Shown: one piece after another, positions 25,101 through 36,891 of the stretch
How the letters are laid out: the number at the start of each line of letters is the position of its first letter
How positions within the stretch are numbered: the first letter of the stretch is position 1
DNA from: Okamejei kenojei
Lineage: Eukaryota
Reading direction: 5' to 3'
Assembly: GCA_035221665.1 (NCBI GenBank)
Contig: CM069135.1
Location: 39,742,001-39,806,000 of the forward strand
DNA length: 64,000 nucleotides
Notes under the pieces: generated by a model
The model's input: the letters and a program-made list of their open reading frames with translations, nothing else
Told to the model about the DNA's origin: nothing
Databases searched by the model: none
Made by a program: the position numbers and the translations under genes

Positions 25101-25400
25101 TTTCGAATCGTCGGGATTGTTTTGGTGAACAATGCGGATATAATGAGAATAGTCCTTCTCAAATATTTGCCATTGCTTGGCAATATCGGAGTCCAACACG
25201 AGCAGGCTAGGCTTTTGACAAGAGTTAGCCATGTCATCAAAATCGCTCACAAATAAAAACTGGAAAACAAAATAAATTGCGGTAAACATACGCGGGATAG
25301 ACCCGATTCACTGACACCATGTAAAGAGCTCAAACTCACACAGGTTGAAACGCAAGCATTTTTATTGTTCAGGTCATGATCTTGTAAGCAGGTCATTACA
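22165..25400 (-). mobile_element. Gypsy LTR retrotransposon, degenerate, 3'-truncated within integrase
   Basis: Short LTR-like segment 25320-25400, PBS TGGTGTCAG, gag (LVRDKIVGGISD), PR (KVNTGA), RT (LDAKS, IVDDILV), RNase H (CDAS, YAQIEK), IN HHCC. No 3' LTR. Confidence 0.92.
25320..25400 (-). repeat. Putative short (81-bp) 5' LTR
   Basis: Minus strand TGTAA...AATAAA...TTTACA immediately followed by the PBS. The outer boundary cannot be verified without a second LTR. Confidence 0.6.
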
Positions 25401-26047
25401 CGTTCACACTGCTATGGCTACTGCCAGGCAGTGGGCAAGTCCTTAAACTATGAATGTTATAATTAGGTGGAGTTATAATTATTAAGCATTCTAATTGGCT
25501 AATTGTTTTTGTTGTAATGTAGGCTAACTTGACAGTCAATTTGAGCAGAACAAAAATCTGTTCCCTCCAGTTTTCATGTCGTGGTTCCACAGGACACTGG
25601 CATGGATGAGATAATTCAATGTGTTTCACTACAATGTAAGCAACAAGCTCATTATCTAAATTATTCAAATTAAAACCTGTACATAATGTATTCAAATTTT
25701 CTTTTAGACCATGCGTCATGTGCGCTAATAACTTTCGCTACTCCGTTCTTTGAGATGTAAATCTCAAAGGCAACGCTTTTAGATGGTACTTGATTTATTG
25801 GTCAAACAACACCACTGAATGGCAATCCTCTTGCTCTTTCCAATTAAACACTAAACTATTGGCTACCAGCTGCCTTTTCTGATCTCTATGTTAGTTGATA
25901 TTGCAGTTAAACCCCTCCTACATGTACCATGCCTGTCAATTTCAATCTACTGTCATCACTTCTTGTCCTTGGAAACCTAGGCTCCATCCCTGCAGACCAT
26001 TGTCCCCTCTGCAATCTCACTTTCCTCTCGTCCATGAATGCAAGAGA

Positions 26048-26142
26048 TAGACACAAAATGGTGGAGCAACTCATTGGGTCAAGCAGCATCTCTGAATAAA
26101 GTGGATGGGTGATGTTTTGGGTTGGGACCCTTGTTCAGTCTG
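26048..26142 (-). mobile_element. Isolated PLE terminal repeat with degenerate hammerhead
   Basis: AGACACAAAATGGTGGAGCAACTCA...GCAGCATCTCTG...GTTTTGGGTTGGGACCCTTGTTCAG. Confidence 0.75.
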
Positions 26143-26278
26143 TTGTTTCTCTTCCACCAGTTGGGTAGATCAGCATCTGCCTTGTTTGACCAGGGATTAC
26201 TTTTCACCCCAATCCTACATTACCCTTCTGGTATATTCCATGGATCTAAACCTGGTCCCATTTCCTCCATGTAACGTT

Positions 26279-26510
26279 TCAACAATGCTTCCATTCAGCG
26301 GCATCATCCAAAAAAAAAGAATGTAATGCTTCACGCGTATAATAAGTTCTAGGTGTGTTTGCGGCAGAATTGTGGCGTGCAGTGGACAAATCTGCTGTTC
26401 TCTGAACTTGATGTGAACGTTTTTCTGACGGCGGTTTGCAAATTGCATCTGCTGGCTGCAGTACTTTGAACACAGGCTCTAGACATGGAGGCTCAGCCCT
26501 TAAATGCATC
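26279..26510 (-). other. Candidate exon-like ORF (unidentified)
   Basis: Acceptor tgtcatttttcag|G then ATG; MHLRAEPPCLEPVFKV...TPRTYYTREALHSFFLDD; CpG-containing unique sequence. Confidence 0.3.
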
Positions 26511-27549
26511 CTGAAAAATGACAACTAGTCATCATGGACCCACAGTATGTGGAAATGCTGTCGTAGGGTTTTAGAATCACAGAGCACAGAACCAGGATTT
26601 TCAGACCACGGAGTCCATACCAACCATCAAACATTCACTTGGGTAAATCGCACATTAGTCCCATTTGATGTATTAAAGATTGCTTCTGCTGAATTTGAAT
26701 TAAAATAAGGCAATATTATGAAAATGGGTCGCCAGAGGGACAAATGATATTAGAGCATTAAGACATCATGCTACGCACCATGGTAATGCAGCTTCTCCCA
26801 GCCAGGTAAAATATATCTAAATTGCTACAGTGCCTTTATGAACATCTGTGATGGTGAACCAAGTTCAGCATTGTATACTGCACAGTAACATTGCAACAAT
26901 ATTTCAAGATATCATTCACTTTTTTTTTCAAATAATATTCATTTTGATTAGGATATGAAGTTGCCTTCAACAAAGCACATCACCATGTAGAAAAACCTTT
27001 GCTGGTTTTGATGTTGTAAAACGAACTGGATCTTTTCCTATTGAGGGAGAGAGCAGCCAAATTGCCAGGCTTGTTCTGCCTCGGATTGCTGCCAAGTCTT
27101 AGAATATATGAAAATACTAATTTTCATGTCTGTTCAAGAGCATTTGTGTTTCTGTATTGTTAAACTTTCTCCCATGTATAAAAACAATTATTATTTCTGA
27201 ACAAAACATAACTTATTATTGTGTGACTCAGGATAATGCATGTGTTGTACTGAAATGTAACACAACTTGAACTGAATTTCTGTGGCAAACTCTCATTGCT
27301 TCATTTATCTTGTGCCTCTTTGTTGATTGAATAAGTATTGAGAAGTATGATCAGTGACAATTGTTCTTCCCACCAACAAGAGGCAGAAATGGATGACTTT
27401 GGGTTAGCTCCTTAAATATCCATTCAACGCATGACAAATATTTTTACACCATAAATTGCACATCCTGATGTAACTGGCAGAAATAAAATTAGTTGCAATG
27501 TATATACCTGATACATTTTTAGGTTTTAATAGAATTGTGCAGAATGGGA

Positions 27550-27915
27550 TCGGGACATTCTGCTCAATTAATCCATGTTGACCTATCCACTCCCTTTCAT
27601 ATTAATCGCATGTCCCAGAACCTCTATGCCCAGGAGATTAGTGTTCATGTAGATACTTCTTAAATACTGTCAGTGGCCCAGCTTCAACCACTATCTCGGG
27701 AAGTGTATTCCAGGTATTTGCCATGCCCTAGGTGAAGAAGAATCCCTTCATAAACCTTGTGTGTTTCTTACATCTACCCTAAACCCATATCCTTTAATTG
27801 TATCTACCTCTGAAATGAAAAGCAAGTTTTCTGCAGTCTACTCTACCCACATGTCTCATTGTACATATCCCAGATAACCTTACTCATATCCCTCATAATT
27901 TATATACCTCACCAA
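27550..27915 (-). mobile_element. Old CR1 3' fragment
   Basis: Degenerate match to CR1 3' ends (GCTTCAACCACTATCTCGGGAAGTGTATTCCAG, CCCTCATAATTTATATACCTC). Confidence 0.6.
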
Positions 27916-28132
27916 AGTGCTTCACAGCCATTGAGCAGTGTTTTAATATTTTGCAGCACTGACTATACTTTAAGTCTGGTATACATTTCTGCTCCTTTTG
28001 ACAGTCAATTTCACTTGGAAGTAACACTTCACATTCATCTGAAGGTCGCCTACAGTGAATTTTGCCCATTCTGTAAATCTGCTGGCACCTTCCCACAGTT
28101 CAGTCTGTCTTCCAGGCATTCTCCCCTCACTT

Positions 28133-29040
28133 GTCTAAAGAAACGTTCTAACACGAAATGTCACTTATTTCTTTCCTCCAGAGAGGCTGCCTGACTGCTG
28201 GGTTACTCCAGCATTTTGTGTCTGTCTTCTCTGCTCACAACTTGGATAATGACTCCACTCCAGGGTCTCCTTTATATCCCATAGCTCCGCTCACTCCCCA
28301 TCTCCCCCCCCCCCCCCACACTCGTAACAAGGACCGAGTCCCCCTTGTCCTCGCCTTCCACCCTGCCAGCTGTCACATACAACAGATAATCCTCCGACAT
28401 TTTTGCCACCTCCAACGGGATCCCACCACTGGCCACATCTTCCCACCCCCTCCCCTGGTAGTTTCCCTTGCAACCGCAGGAAATGCTACACTTGTCGCTT
28501 TACCTCCCCCTTGACTCCAGACCCAAGCAGTTTTCCAGGTGAGGCAGAGGTTCACCTGCACCTCCTCCAACCTCATCTATTGATCCACTGTTCTAGGTGT
28601 CAACAGTTCTACATCGGTGAGACCAAGCGCAGGCTTGGCAATCGTTTCGCCCAACACCTCCGCTCAGTCCGCACCAACTAACCTGATCTCCCGGTGGCTC
28701 AGCACTTCAACTCCCCCTCCCATTCCAAATCTGACCTTTCTGTCCTGGGCTTCCTCCATGGCCAGAGTGAGTCCCACCGCAAATTGGAGGAGCAGCACCT
28801 CATATTACGCTTGGGTATTTAACGCCCCAGTGGTATGAACATTGACTTGTCTAATTTCAGGTAGTCCTTGCTTTCTCCCTCCTTCCCCTCCCCAGCTCTC
28901 CCACAGCCTGCTGTCTCCGCCCCTTCCTTCTTCCCACCCCCACATCTGTCTGAAGAAGGGTCTCGACCCAAAATGTCACCTATTCCTTCTCTCCATAGAT
29001 GCTGCTTCACCCACTGAGTTTCTTCAGCACTTTTGTCTAA
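28133..29040 (+). mobile_element. PLE remnant (GIY-YIG part) bracketed by two hammerhead-bearing terminal repeats
   Basis: Terminal repeats at 28133-28225 and 28948-29040; YIGETKRRLGNRFAQH in ORF 28403-28681. Confidence 0.9.
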
Positions 29041-29899
29041 CTTCACTATCATCAATATGTTTGATATCCTGGACAGCATTAACTTTCTCACTGTAACATC
29101 AGCAAAATCGAGTTCACTTCTTCATTTTAAGATGTGGGTCTGTTCTGTGTAACTTTAGTTTCCTTTAGTGAAATTGACGTAGGATCTCAAAAGTATTCTG
29201 TTGGAATATTTTTTGAGTTGTTTGACTTTTTAAAGAGAAGTTTTGTATAAAACCAGGTATTGTACAAATCAGTGTGCTTTGTCAGCAAATTGCAAAAGTC
29301 CAGAAACAGTGAACAATAGGAATGCCTAGCTGATGTGCTTTTGTTTGTGATAATTGAGGAATGCTGACTAGGACAACAGAGGAAATAACTCCTTGGTGTT
29401 CTTTAAGTCATGCCCAGTGACTTTTTTTTTTCCCCAAGTATATCTGAATACGCAGGTGGGTGGTGGTCAAATTCTCATTTTTTTTTAAAACAAAATAAAA
29501 TTCATCCTCGGCTGCAATGAACAATATGTGGGCAGCGAAGTCAAATAAAATTCACAGCACGGAATTTATTGTTTCATGCACGTAACACATGCCATTGAGG
29601 ACAAAAGTATACCCAGACACCTAAAATAATGTAAAACTCTAGAAAAGTATAAATTGGACATAAGGATAGGAGAGTATGATGTGTTAAACACACAAAAAAG
29701 AGAACATTACCAACTGAGCCACACTGTGTTATCGATAATTTTGCTTTTATTCCTCTGATTTCAAGTTAATTCAGGAACTCAAAGGAGGTAATAACTAAAC
29801 TTATTTTAGCTGCTCGGCTTGCACAGATCACAATATCACTGAGATCATCTTGAAGATGACACGGGAATTGGAGGTATAGTGAGGAAAGATATCAAAGTC

Positions 29900-30950
29900 C
29901 AATTCACTGGATGTTTTCAAGAGAGATTCAGATAAAGCTCTTGGGGCAAACGGGATATAGGGGAAAAAGCAGGAATGGGGTACTCATTTTGAATGATCAG
30001 CCATGATCATATTCAATGGCGGTGCTGGCTCAAAGGGCCAAATGGCCTACTCCTGCACCTATTTTTCAATGTTTACAACGGGTTCTAGATCACGGGAAGG
30101 TGGGCCAAGGAATGGCAGATGGAAATTAACTCTGACAAGTGTGAGGTGTTGCATCTCAATATGTTAAACCATGACAGGACTTGCATAGTAAAAGGTCTGC
30201 ATAGTAAACTACTCTTCAGGGTTTCATAGTAAAACCCTGAAGAGTAGTGTAAAACAAATAAATCTGGGAGTACAGATGCATTTGGCAAGCTTGCTTCCAT
30301 TGAAAAGGGTATTGACTACAGGTTTGGACATCTTGATAATGATATAGAGTCATAGTGGTACAGCTTGGAAACTGGTTCTTCAGCCCAACTTTCCCACACC
30401 GACCAACATGCCCCATCTACATTTGTCCCACCTGCCTGTGTTTGTCACAGATCCCTCTAGACCTATCCAATCCATGTACCTGTCTAAATGTGTCTTAAGC
30501 ATTGTGATAGTACTTGCAGCATTGTGATCGTTGTACAAGTCTTTGGTGAGACCACACTTAGAGTACTGTGTGGTGTTCTGGTTGTCCAGCTGTAGCAAGG
30601 ATGTCATTAAATTGGAAAGGAAGCAGAAGGGGTTCACCAGGATGTTACCTTGGCTTGCAGGCTTGAATTATAGGGAAAGGCTGGATAGTCTAGGATTATT
30701 TTCTTTGGAGTAAGAGTGACATTATTGAGTTTTATAGAATAAAGGGCATGGACAAAGTGAATGCTCACAGCCTTTTACCCAGGGTAGGGGAATCTAACAC
30801 AAGGGCATAGATTTAAGGTAATGGGGGAAAGATTTAACAAGGGCATCATGGGCAGCTTTTTAATTCAGATGTTTGTCTGTATATTGACTGAGCTTCCAGA
30901 GAAAGCTAGAGAAACATACAATATCTTAAAATATTTGGCATTATTATAGG
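29900..30950 (+). mobile_element. Cluster of CR1 fragments (3' tail 29900-30070; RT 30085-30950 with an antisense CR1-type tail at ~30345-30515)
   Basis: LYKSLVRPHLEYC motif; GATCAGCCATGATCATATT...GGCCTACTCCTGCACCT tail. Confidence 0.8.
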
Positions 30951-30955
30951 GATAA

Positions 30956-31150
30956 TGGGCCTGTCCCACATCAGCGATTTTTGGGGCGACGACAGGCGAC
31001 TGCCGCAAAATTTTCAACATGTTGAAAATTTTTCTGCGACAGTGGCAACAATTTTTGTTTTTGTAGGTTGTCGCCAGGTGTCGTAGGTAAATTCCATTAA
31101 AACTAGTCCCTGGCAGTCGCCTAAAGAGTCACGCAAGTGGGACTGTCCCT
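30956..31150. mobile_element. MITE, probably PIF/Harbinger-like
   Basis: TIRs GGGCCTGTCCCAC / GTGGGACTGTCCC (2 mismatches); TAA/TGA flanks; 26-bp perfect internal palindrome at 31007-31032. Confidence 0.75.
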
Positions 31151-32289
31151 TGAGGTGAGCTGACGGGGAAGTTTCCATGCTGAAAAGATCTATGATTCTA
31201 AGACTCTAAATGAACTCTTTGTTCTATAAACTGTGGACGTGTTCATATTTTTATGGCTGCATGAATTATTGCTAAATGGGACTGATCCAAAACATTCCTT
31301 TGTTGTGACTTCAGCTACATTTTTTTTTTGTAAGCTTTGTACAGAACTGCATGTAATACTGGATTCTACCAATGTAGCTAATTGTGGTATTGGCACCTCC
31401 TATCAACTCAACTGTTGCGTTTTCAAATGTTTTCAGTTGAGCAAATGCGTCGAGGAGTAATGCAGCAGAATAAGATTTAACATTAACAGTGCACTCGATA
31501 AAATAGGATAACGAGATGCCGATAAATTTCTTGACCTAACAACTGTCAATGATATGTATTCATGTGTTTGAATACAAACATTTAGAGCAGCATTTTGTTC
31601 ATTTTAATTCTTTTGTTTTACTTCTCCCAAGCCACGTTCTTTCGGTTATTCTTTAGATTTTGTCAGTATTCTGTGACTAAGTATTTGCGTCAGATCTCTG
31701 ATTAGTCTGCATAAAAGCAATCGTTCGGAAAATCAGCATTCCTGTGCATTAAATAATAAAAGTACATTTTACTCAAAAACATTAATGAGATCTTAATTCA
31801 GCTGACTTCATCATATCTGATATTTGATGCTGAATTCTAAACATAACAGGAGCTTCCCCCTAAATCTCGAAATAAACTACTTGGATGGGATTAACCTACT
31901 TTTGACAAATGGAAGACAGCTGGGTGGAATTATTTATGGTTGTAAATATTGAGCAACTAGCAAGAAATTAAACAGTGTTATGTGATTGAACGGACTCAAC
32001 GTAACGTTACATTTTAAGGATCTTTGAAATGGGTTTGAAAAATGAAAATGATTGTGGGATATTAAGAACAAATAGTTATTTCTAACCCTTTAGTTTTACC
32101 ACATCTCTGATAATGTGACAAAGGTGATGAAAGATGTTTTGGTCATAATGACAAGGCTATTGATAAAGTGTTGGGTGTATCAAGTATGTGGCTTCATAAT
32201 TATTTCATAAAATAACTGCCATGGCATCTATTATGATATCATAGATATCAACTCCTATCGCGATAGCCCTGTCTGGCTTTACCCTATCC

Positions 32290-32422
32290 TGTTATGCTTT
32301 AGAGCCAAACCTGGTTCCACAGACCTGACTGTTGCTACTGCTCTCCTCTGAATAGTCATCCCTCACAACCGTATCCAAAAGGGATGCTTGTTTTCGAGAG
32401 CGGATGGCCACAGGGAAACTCG
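32290..32422 (-). mobile_element. CR1 ORF1 fragment, inverted relative to the adjacent CR1
   Basis: FPVAI...LLDTVVRDDYSEESSSNSQVCGT is homologous to ORF1 SPAVISLLNRYTILDTVGGD. Confidence 0.7.
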
Positions 32423-32429
32423 TGCATCC

Positions 32430-35400
32430 AGGAGGGAAAGAGCTCATTGTGAACATCCTTGTTGTACATTGGCAGCTCCTGAATGAACGTGTTGGGGAAC
32501 TGGAGCAGCAGTTGGATGACCTCGGGGCCATCTGGGAAAAGGAGAGTTTCCTGGACAAGACCTACAGTGAGGTTGTCACACCAAGGATACAGGAAGAGTG
32601 AAGGTGGGTGACTGTGAGAAAGAGGAGTAAACGTGGAGTGCAGGAGACCCCGGTGGCTGTACCTACTGAAAACGGGTACATCCTCTTGGGAGCAAACAAC
32701 ACGACAAGACTGAGTGGTAACCAGGGCTGTGATTCCAACCCTGGTGCTGAAGCTCAACGGGGAAGAGTGATGTCAGGCAGAACCATAGTGGTGGGAGACT
32801 ACATCGTCAGAGTTACAGAAAGGAGATTCTACGGCAGCAGCCGAGACTCCAGGATGGTGTGTTGTGTCTCTGGTGCCACGGTCCAGGATGCCTCAGAGCA
32901 GCTTCATGGCATCCTCCAGAGTGAGGGGGAGCAGCCGGAGGTTGTTGCGCATGTTGGCACAAATGATATAGGTTGGAAGAGGAAGGAGCTTCTGCAACAA
33001 GAATGTATGGAATTAGGTTGAAAAGCAGGACCTGTGGGGTAGTGATCTCAGGATTGCTTCGTGCTTGTGAAGGTAAGAATAGGAAGATGGGGGAAATGAA
33101 TGTGGCTGAGTTGGTGCAGGGGGCAGGGATTCATAATTCTGGATAATTAGGATCTCATCTTTGGCAGGGGTGACCTGTATAAAAAGGGACGGGTTGCACA
33201 TAAACTGGAGGGAGATTAACACCCTTGCGGGAAGGTTTGCTAATGCTACACGGGAGGGTTTAAACTAGATTGGCGGGGGGGGGGGGGGGGGGGGGGGTGG
33301 GACCTCATGCAGGACAGAAGTACATGAGAGACGAGAAGTTGGTATGGAGGGTGGTGTGGGAACGTTTAGTGGACAGAAGAGGCAGGTGAAAGGCGGAGAG
33401 CGAGGAAGGAGGGTTGGCTTAAACTTATTTTAATGCAAGGGACCTGACGGGTAAGGCAGATGAGCTCGGGGCATGGATAGGTACGAGCGACTCGGATGTT
33501 GACTGAAACCTGGTTAAGGGAGGGGCAGGGCTGGCAGCTCAATGTTCCGGGGTACAGGAGCTTCAGGAGAGACGGGTGAGGGGGGAAAAAGGGGGGGGGG
33601 GGGGTTGCATTGTTGGTTAAGGAGGATGTCACAGCTGTGTTCATAGGTGATATTGTGGACAGTTCGTCTAGTTAGGCTATATGGGTGCAGCTAAGAAAAG
33701 GATGGTCACCTTGTTGGGGGTGTACTGCAAACCCCCGAACAGTTAACAGGAATTATAAGAACAAATATGCAGGGAGATTGCAGACAGCATCGGGTCAAAC
33801 AAGATTGTTCTGGTACGGGATTTTAACTTTCCCAATATAGACTGGGAAAATCATAGCGTGAAGGGCTTAGATGGGGTGTGATTCCACAAAAGTGTTCAGG
33901 AGAGTTGTGTTAAGCAGTATGTGGAGGCCCCCACACGTGAGAGGGCAATGCTGGATCTAGTATTGGGAAGGGCAAGTGTGTGTGGAGGAGCCTTTTGGGA
34001 CCAGTGACCACAGTTCGATTAGGTTTAAGATGGTTATAGATAGGGACGGAGAGGGTTCAATTGTTAAAATGCTCAACTGGGGTATGAGAGAAGGTCTCAC
34101 TCAAGTTGACTGGAGCAGGTTATTAGCGGGGAAAGGAACCTCGGCCAAGTGGGATATTTTTAAAAGTGTACTGAAGAAAGCTCAGGATGTGTACGTCCCT
34201 GTTAGATTGAAGGGCAAAGCAGGCAAACATAATGAAGCTTGGCGTGCGAGGGGAAATTGAGACATTAGTCAAACAAGAAGGATGCATCACACATGGGTAT
34301 AGGCAGTTGGGATCAAGTACATCCCTGGAGGAGGTTTGGGAACTAAGGACTAAAACTAAAGCTAAAAAAGGAAATCAGAAGGGCAAAAAGGGACCAGGAG
34401 ATAGCTCTGGCGGGTAGCATTAAGGACAATCCCAAACATTTTTATAAATACATAAGGATGAAAAGGCTAACTAGAGAGAGGGGCTTCTCCAGAATCAAAG
34501 TGGTCACCTCTGTGTGCAGCCACAGGAGATGGGCAAGGTCCGAAATGAGTATTTCTCCTCTGTATTTACTGAGGAGGAAGACAGTAGGATGGAGGAAATT
34601 GGAGCAGTCGCTGGAAGTTTCTTGAGAGCAGTCAGGGTTAATGTCAAAGAAGTACTGAAGGTACTGTCATGTTTGAAGGTAAACAAATCTCCAGGGCCTG
34701 ATCTGATATATCTGAGGACATTGTGGGAAACTAAGGAGGAAATAAGCAAGTTCAGTATTCCGACTGCGCATGCACAGGTCGTGGGTCGCTCGGGATAAAC
34801 ACTCTCGGCGGCCGTGCCACTGCATGTGTGCAGACCTGCATCTTGTCCCTAACCAGCCGCTGCTGGGCCGTCTGGTCCCCACCCCCTCCCGAGTGTCCCG
34901 GCCGGAGACGTCCAGGGTGGCCCCGAGCCGGACGGGGGGGGGGCCTGTCCTGTCCTGCCGGGGCGCCGGCCTGTTGCAGCGGACGGGACACTCGGGAGGG
35001 GATGGGGACCGGACAGGCGGCGCGGAAACGAAGTACCAACTCCAGCTCAACCCTGCCCGGGACAGACCGTCGAGCTGGGGCTGGCACCTCCCCTCCGCGC
35101 TGGCTGCAGGCCTGGGTTGACACTCCCGTCCACAGAGCTCTGGATAGAAGACCCTCCTTCAGACTTCCTACACATTAGACTTTTGCGCCGTGGCTGAGAT
35201 GAATGGGAGCGGGGATTTCCACCGGTGCAAGGAACAAATTACCTAATGTTTGCGTTGAGTGAACTGAGTGTTCTTAACGTCCTCGCCGTACATGGTGTTT
35301 TGTGTGAGTGGTTGGATCCCATCTTCAGCTCGGCCAATGTTCGTCACATTATCCGGACAGGCGGCCGGCGATCAGGGACTGATGTGAGGCCTCAGCGATG

Positions 35401-36740
35401 CTCTGGAATCCTAGCTGGTCGTTGCGGAGCAGCGGGGTCGAGGAGGCAGGGCCCGACCCGGGGAGTAGAGGTATCACTTCTTCCAGCGCCGTGCAGAAAG
35501 GCATCGGCTATCTCCGGCCTCTCACCTGTCGGGCGCTGCCTTCTTGATCCTCACTCTCTCTTGTCTCCACAAGTACGTCTTTCAAGCCCCCCTCTCACCG
35601 TCTCTCCGCCGGTCCAGCCTCTCCCCTCTCGCACCTGCCACCTTTCTCTCGCTGTTACACCCGCTCTCTCCCTGCTGCCAGGCACCCCGTTTGCGTTTTT
35701 TATTCTCGAATGACCTTTGACAAATCCCATGATTCCTTGCATTTATCGCTTATTGTGGGAGCCCTGGTTGAAATTTATGATTCGTCCTTAAATACAGGAG
35801 AGGTGCCGGAAGACTGGAGGGTGGCAAATGTTGTACCTCTTTTCAAGATGGGCTGTAGGGAAAATGCTGGGAACTATAAGCCGGTGAGCTTAACATCTGT
35901 AGTTGGTAAGTTACTGGAGAGTATTCTGAGGGATAGGATATACAGGCATTTGGATGGGCAAGGGCTGATTAGCAATAGTCAGTATGGTTATGTACATGGG
36001 AGATCACGTCTCACAAATTTGATTGTTTTTGAAGACGTGACCAAAAAGGTTGATGAGAGCAGAACTGTAGATGTTGTGTACATGGATTTCTGTAAGGCGT
36101 TCGACAAGGGTCCGCTTGCTCTGGATGGTTAGATCGCATGGGATCCAAGGAGAGATAGCTGAATGAATAGCAAACTGGATCCATGGAAGGAAGCAGAGGG
36201 TAATGGTGGAAGGTTGCTTCTCAGGTTGGATGCCTGTGACCAGTGGCGTTCCTTAGAGTTCGGTGCTGGGCCCGTTACTGTTTGTCATCTACATCAGTGA
36301 TTTGGATGAGAACATACAGGGCAAGATTAGCAAGTTTGCTGATGATGCAAAAGTTAGTGGTTTTAAAGATGGTTGTGAATGATTGCAGCAGGATTTGGAT
36401 CGTATGGCCAGGTGGGCAGAGGGATGTTTGATGGAATTTAAAACATAGTGTGAGGTGTTTCATTTTGGTGTGTTGAACAAGGGCAGTACCTACACAGTAA
36501 ATCGTAGGCCTCTGGCTAGTTTTGTAGAGCAGAGGGATCTAGGAGCATTGTTCCTTGAAGGTCGACTCGCAGGTAGATAAGGTGGTCAAAAAGGCTTTTG
36601 GCACTTTGGCCTTCATCAGTCAGAGTATTGAGTATAGAAGTTGGGAGGTCATGTTGCCGTTGTATGAGACGTTGGTGAGACTGCATTTAGAATATTGTGT
36701 TAAATGCTGGGCACCATGTTATAGGAATAATATTGTCAAA
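32430..36740 (+). mobile_element. Near full-length degenerate CR1 (ORF1 SGNH esterase and ORF2), interrupted at 34743-35752 and cut at its 3' end by a PLE
   Basis: IVVGDYIVR, HVGTND, then TETWL-like, SDH, KSPGPD, PEDWRVANV, FADD, LYETLVRLHLEYC. Confidence 0.93.
34743..35752. mobile_element. GC-rich non-autonomous insertion with TAAGC...GCTTA termini
   Basis: Precisely interrupts CR1 (empty site GGAAA|TTGTGGG). Short terminal inverted repeat; 31-bp internal inverted repeat at 34870-34900 / 34984-35014. Confidence 0.8.
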
Positions 36741-36891
36741 GTTAGACATAAAATCCTCAGCGGGTGAGGCAGCCTCTATGGAGAGAAGGAATGGGTGACG
36801 TTTCGAGTGGGAGAACTGGGAAGGCGAAGAAGAGAGAAAGCAAGGGCTATCTGAAGTTCGAGAAGTCAATGTTGATACCGCTGGGGTGTAA

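Noticed and set aside
34667-35742. Multiple 116-162 aa ORFs in the GC-rich insertion
   Set aside because: Overlapping on both strands with no recognisable motifs; expected from high GC content.
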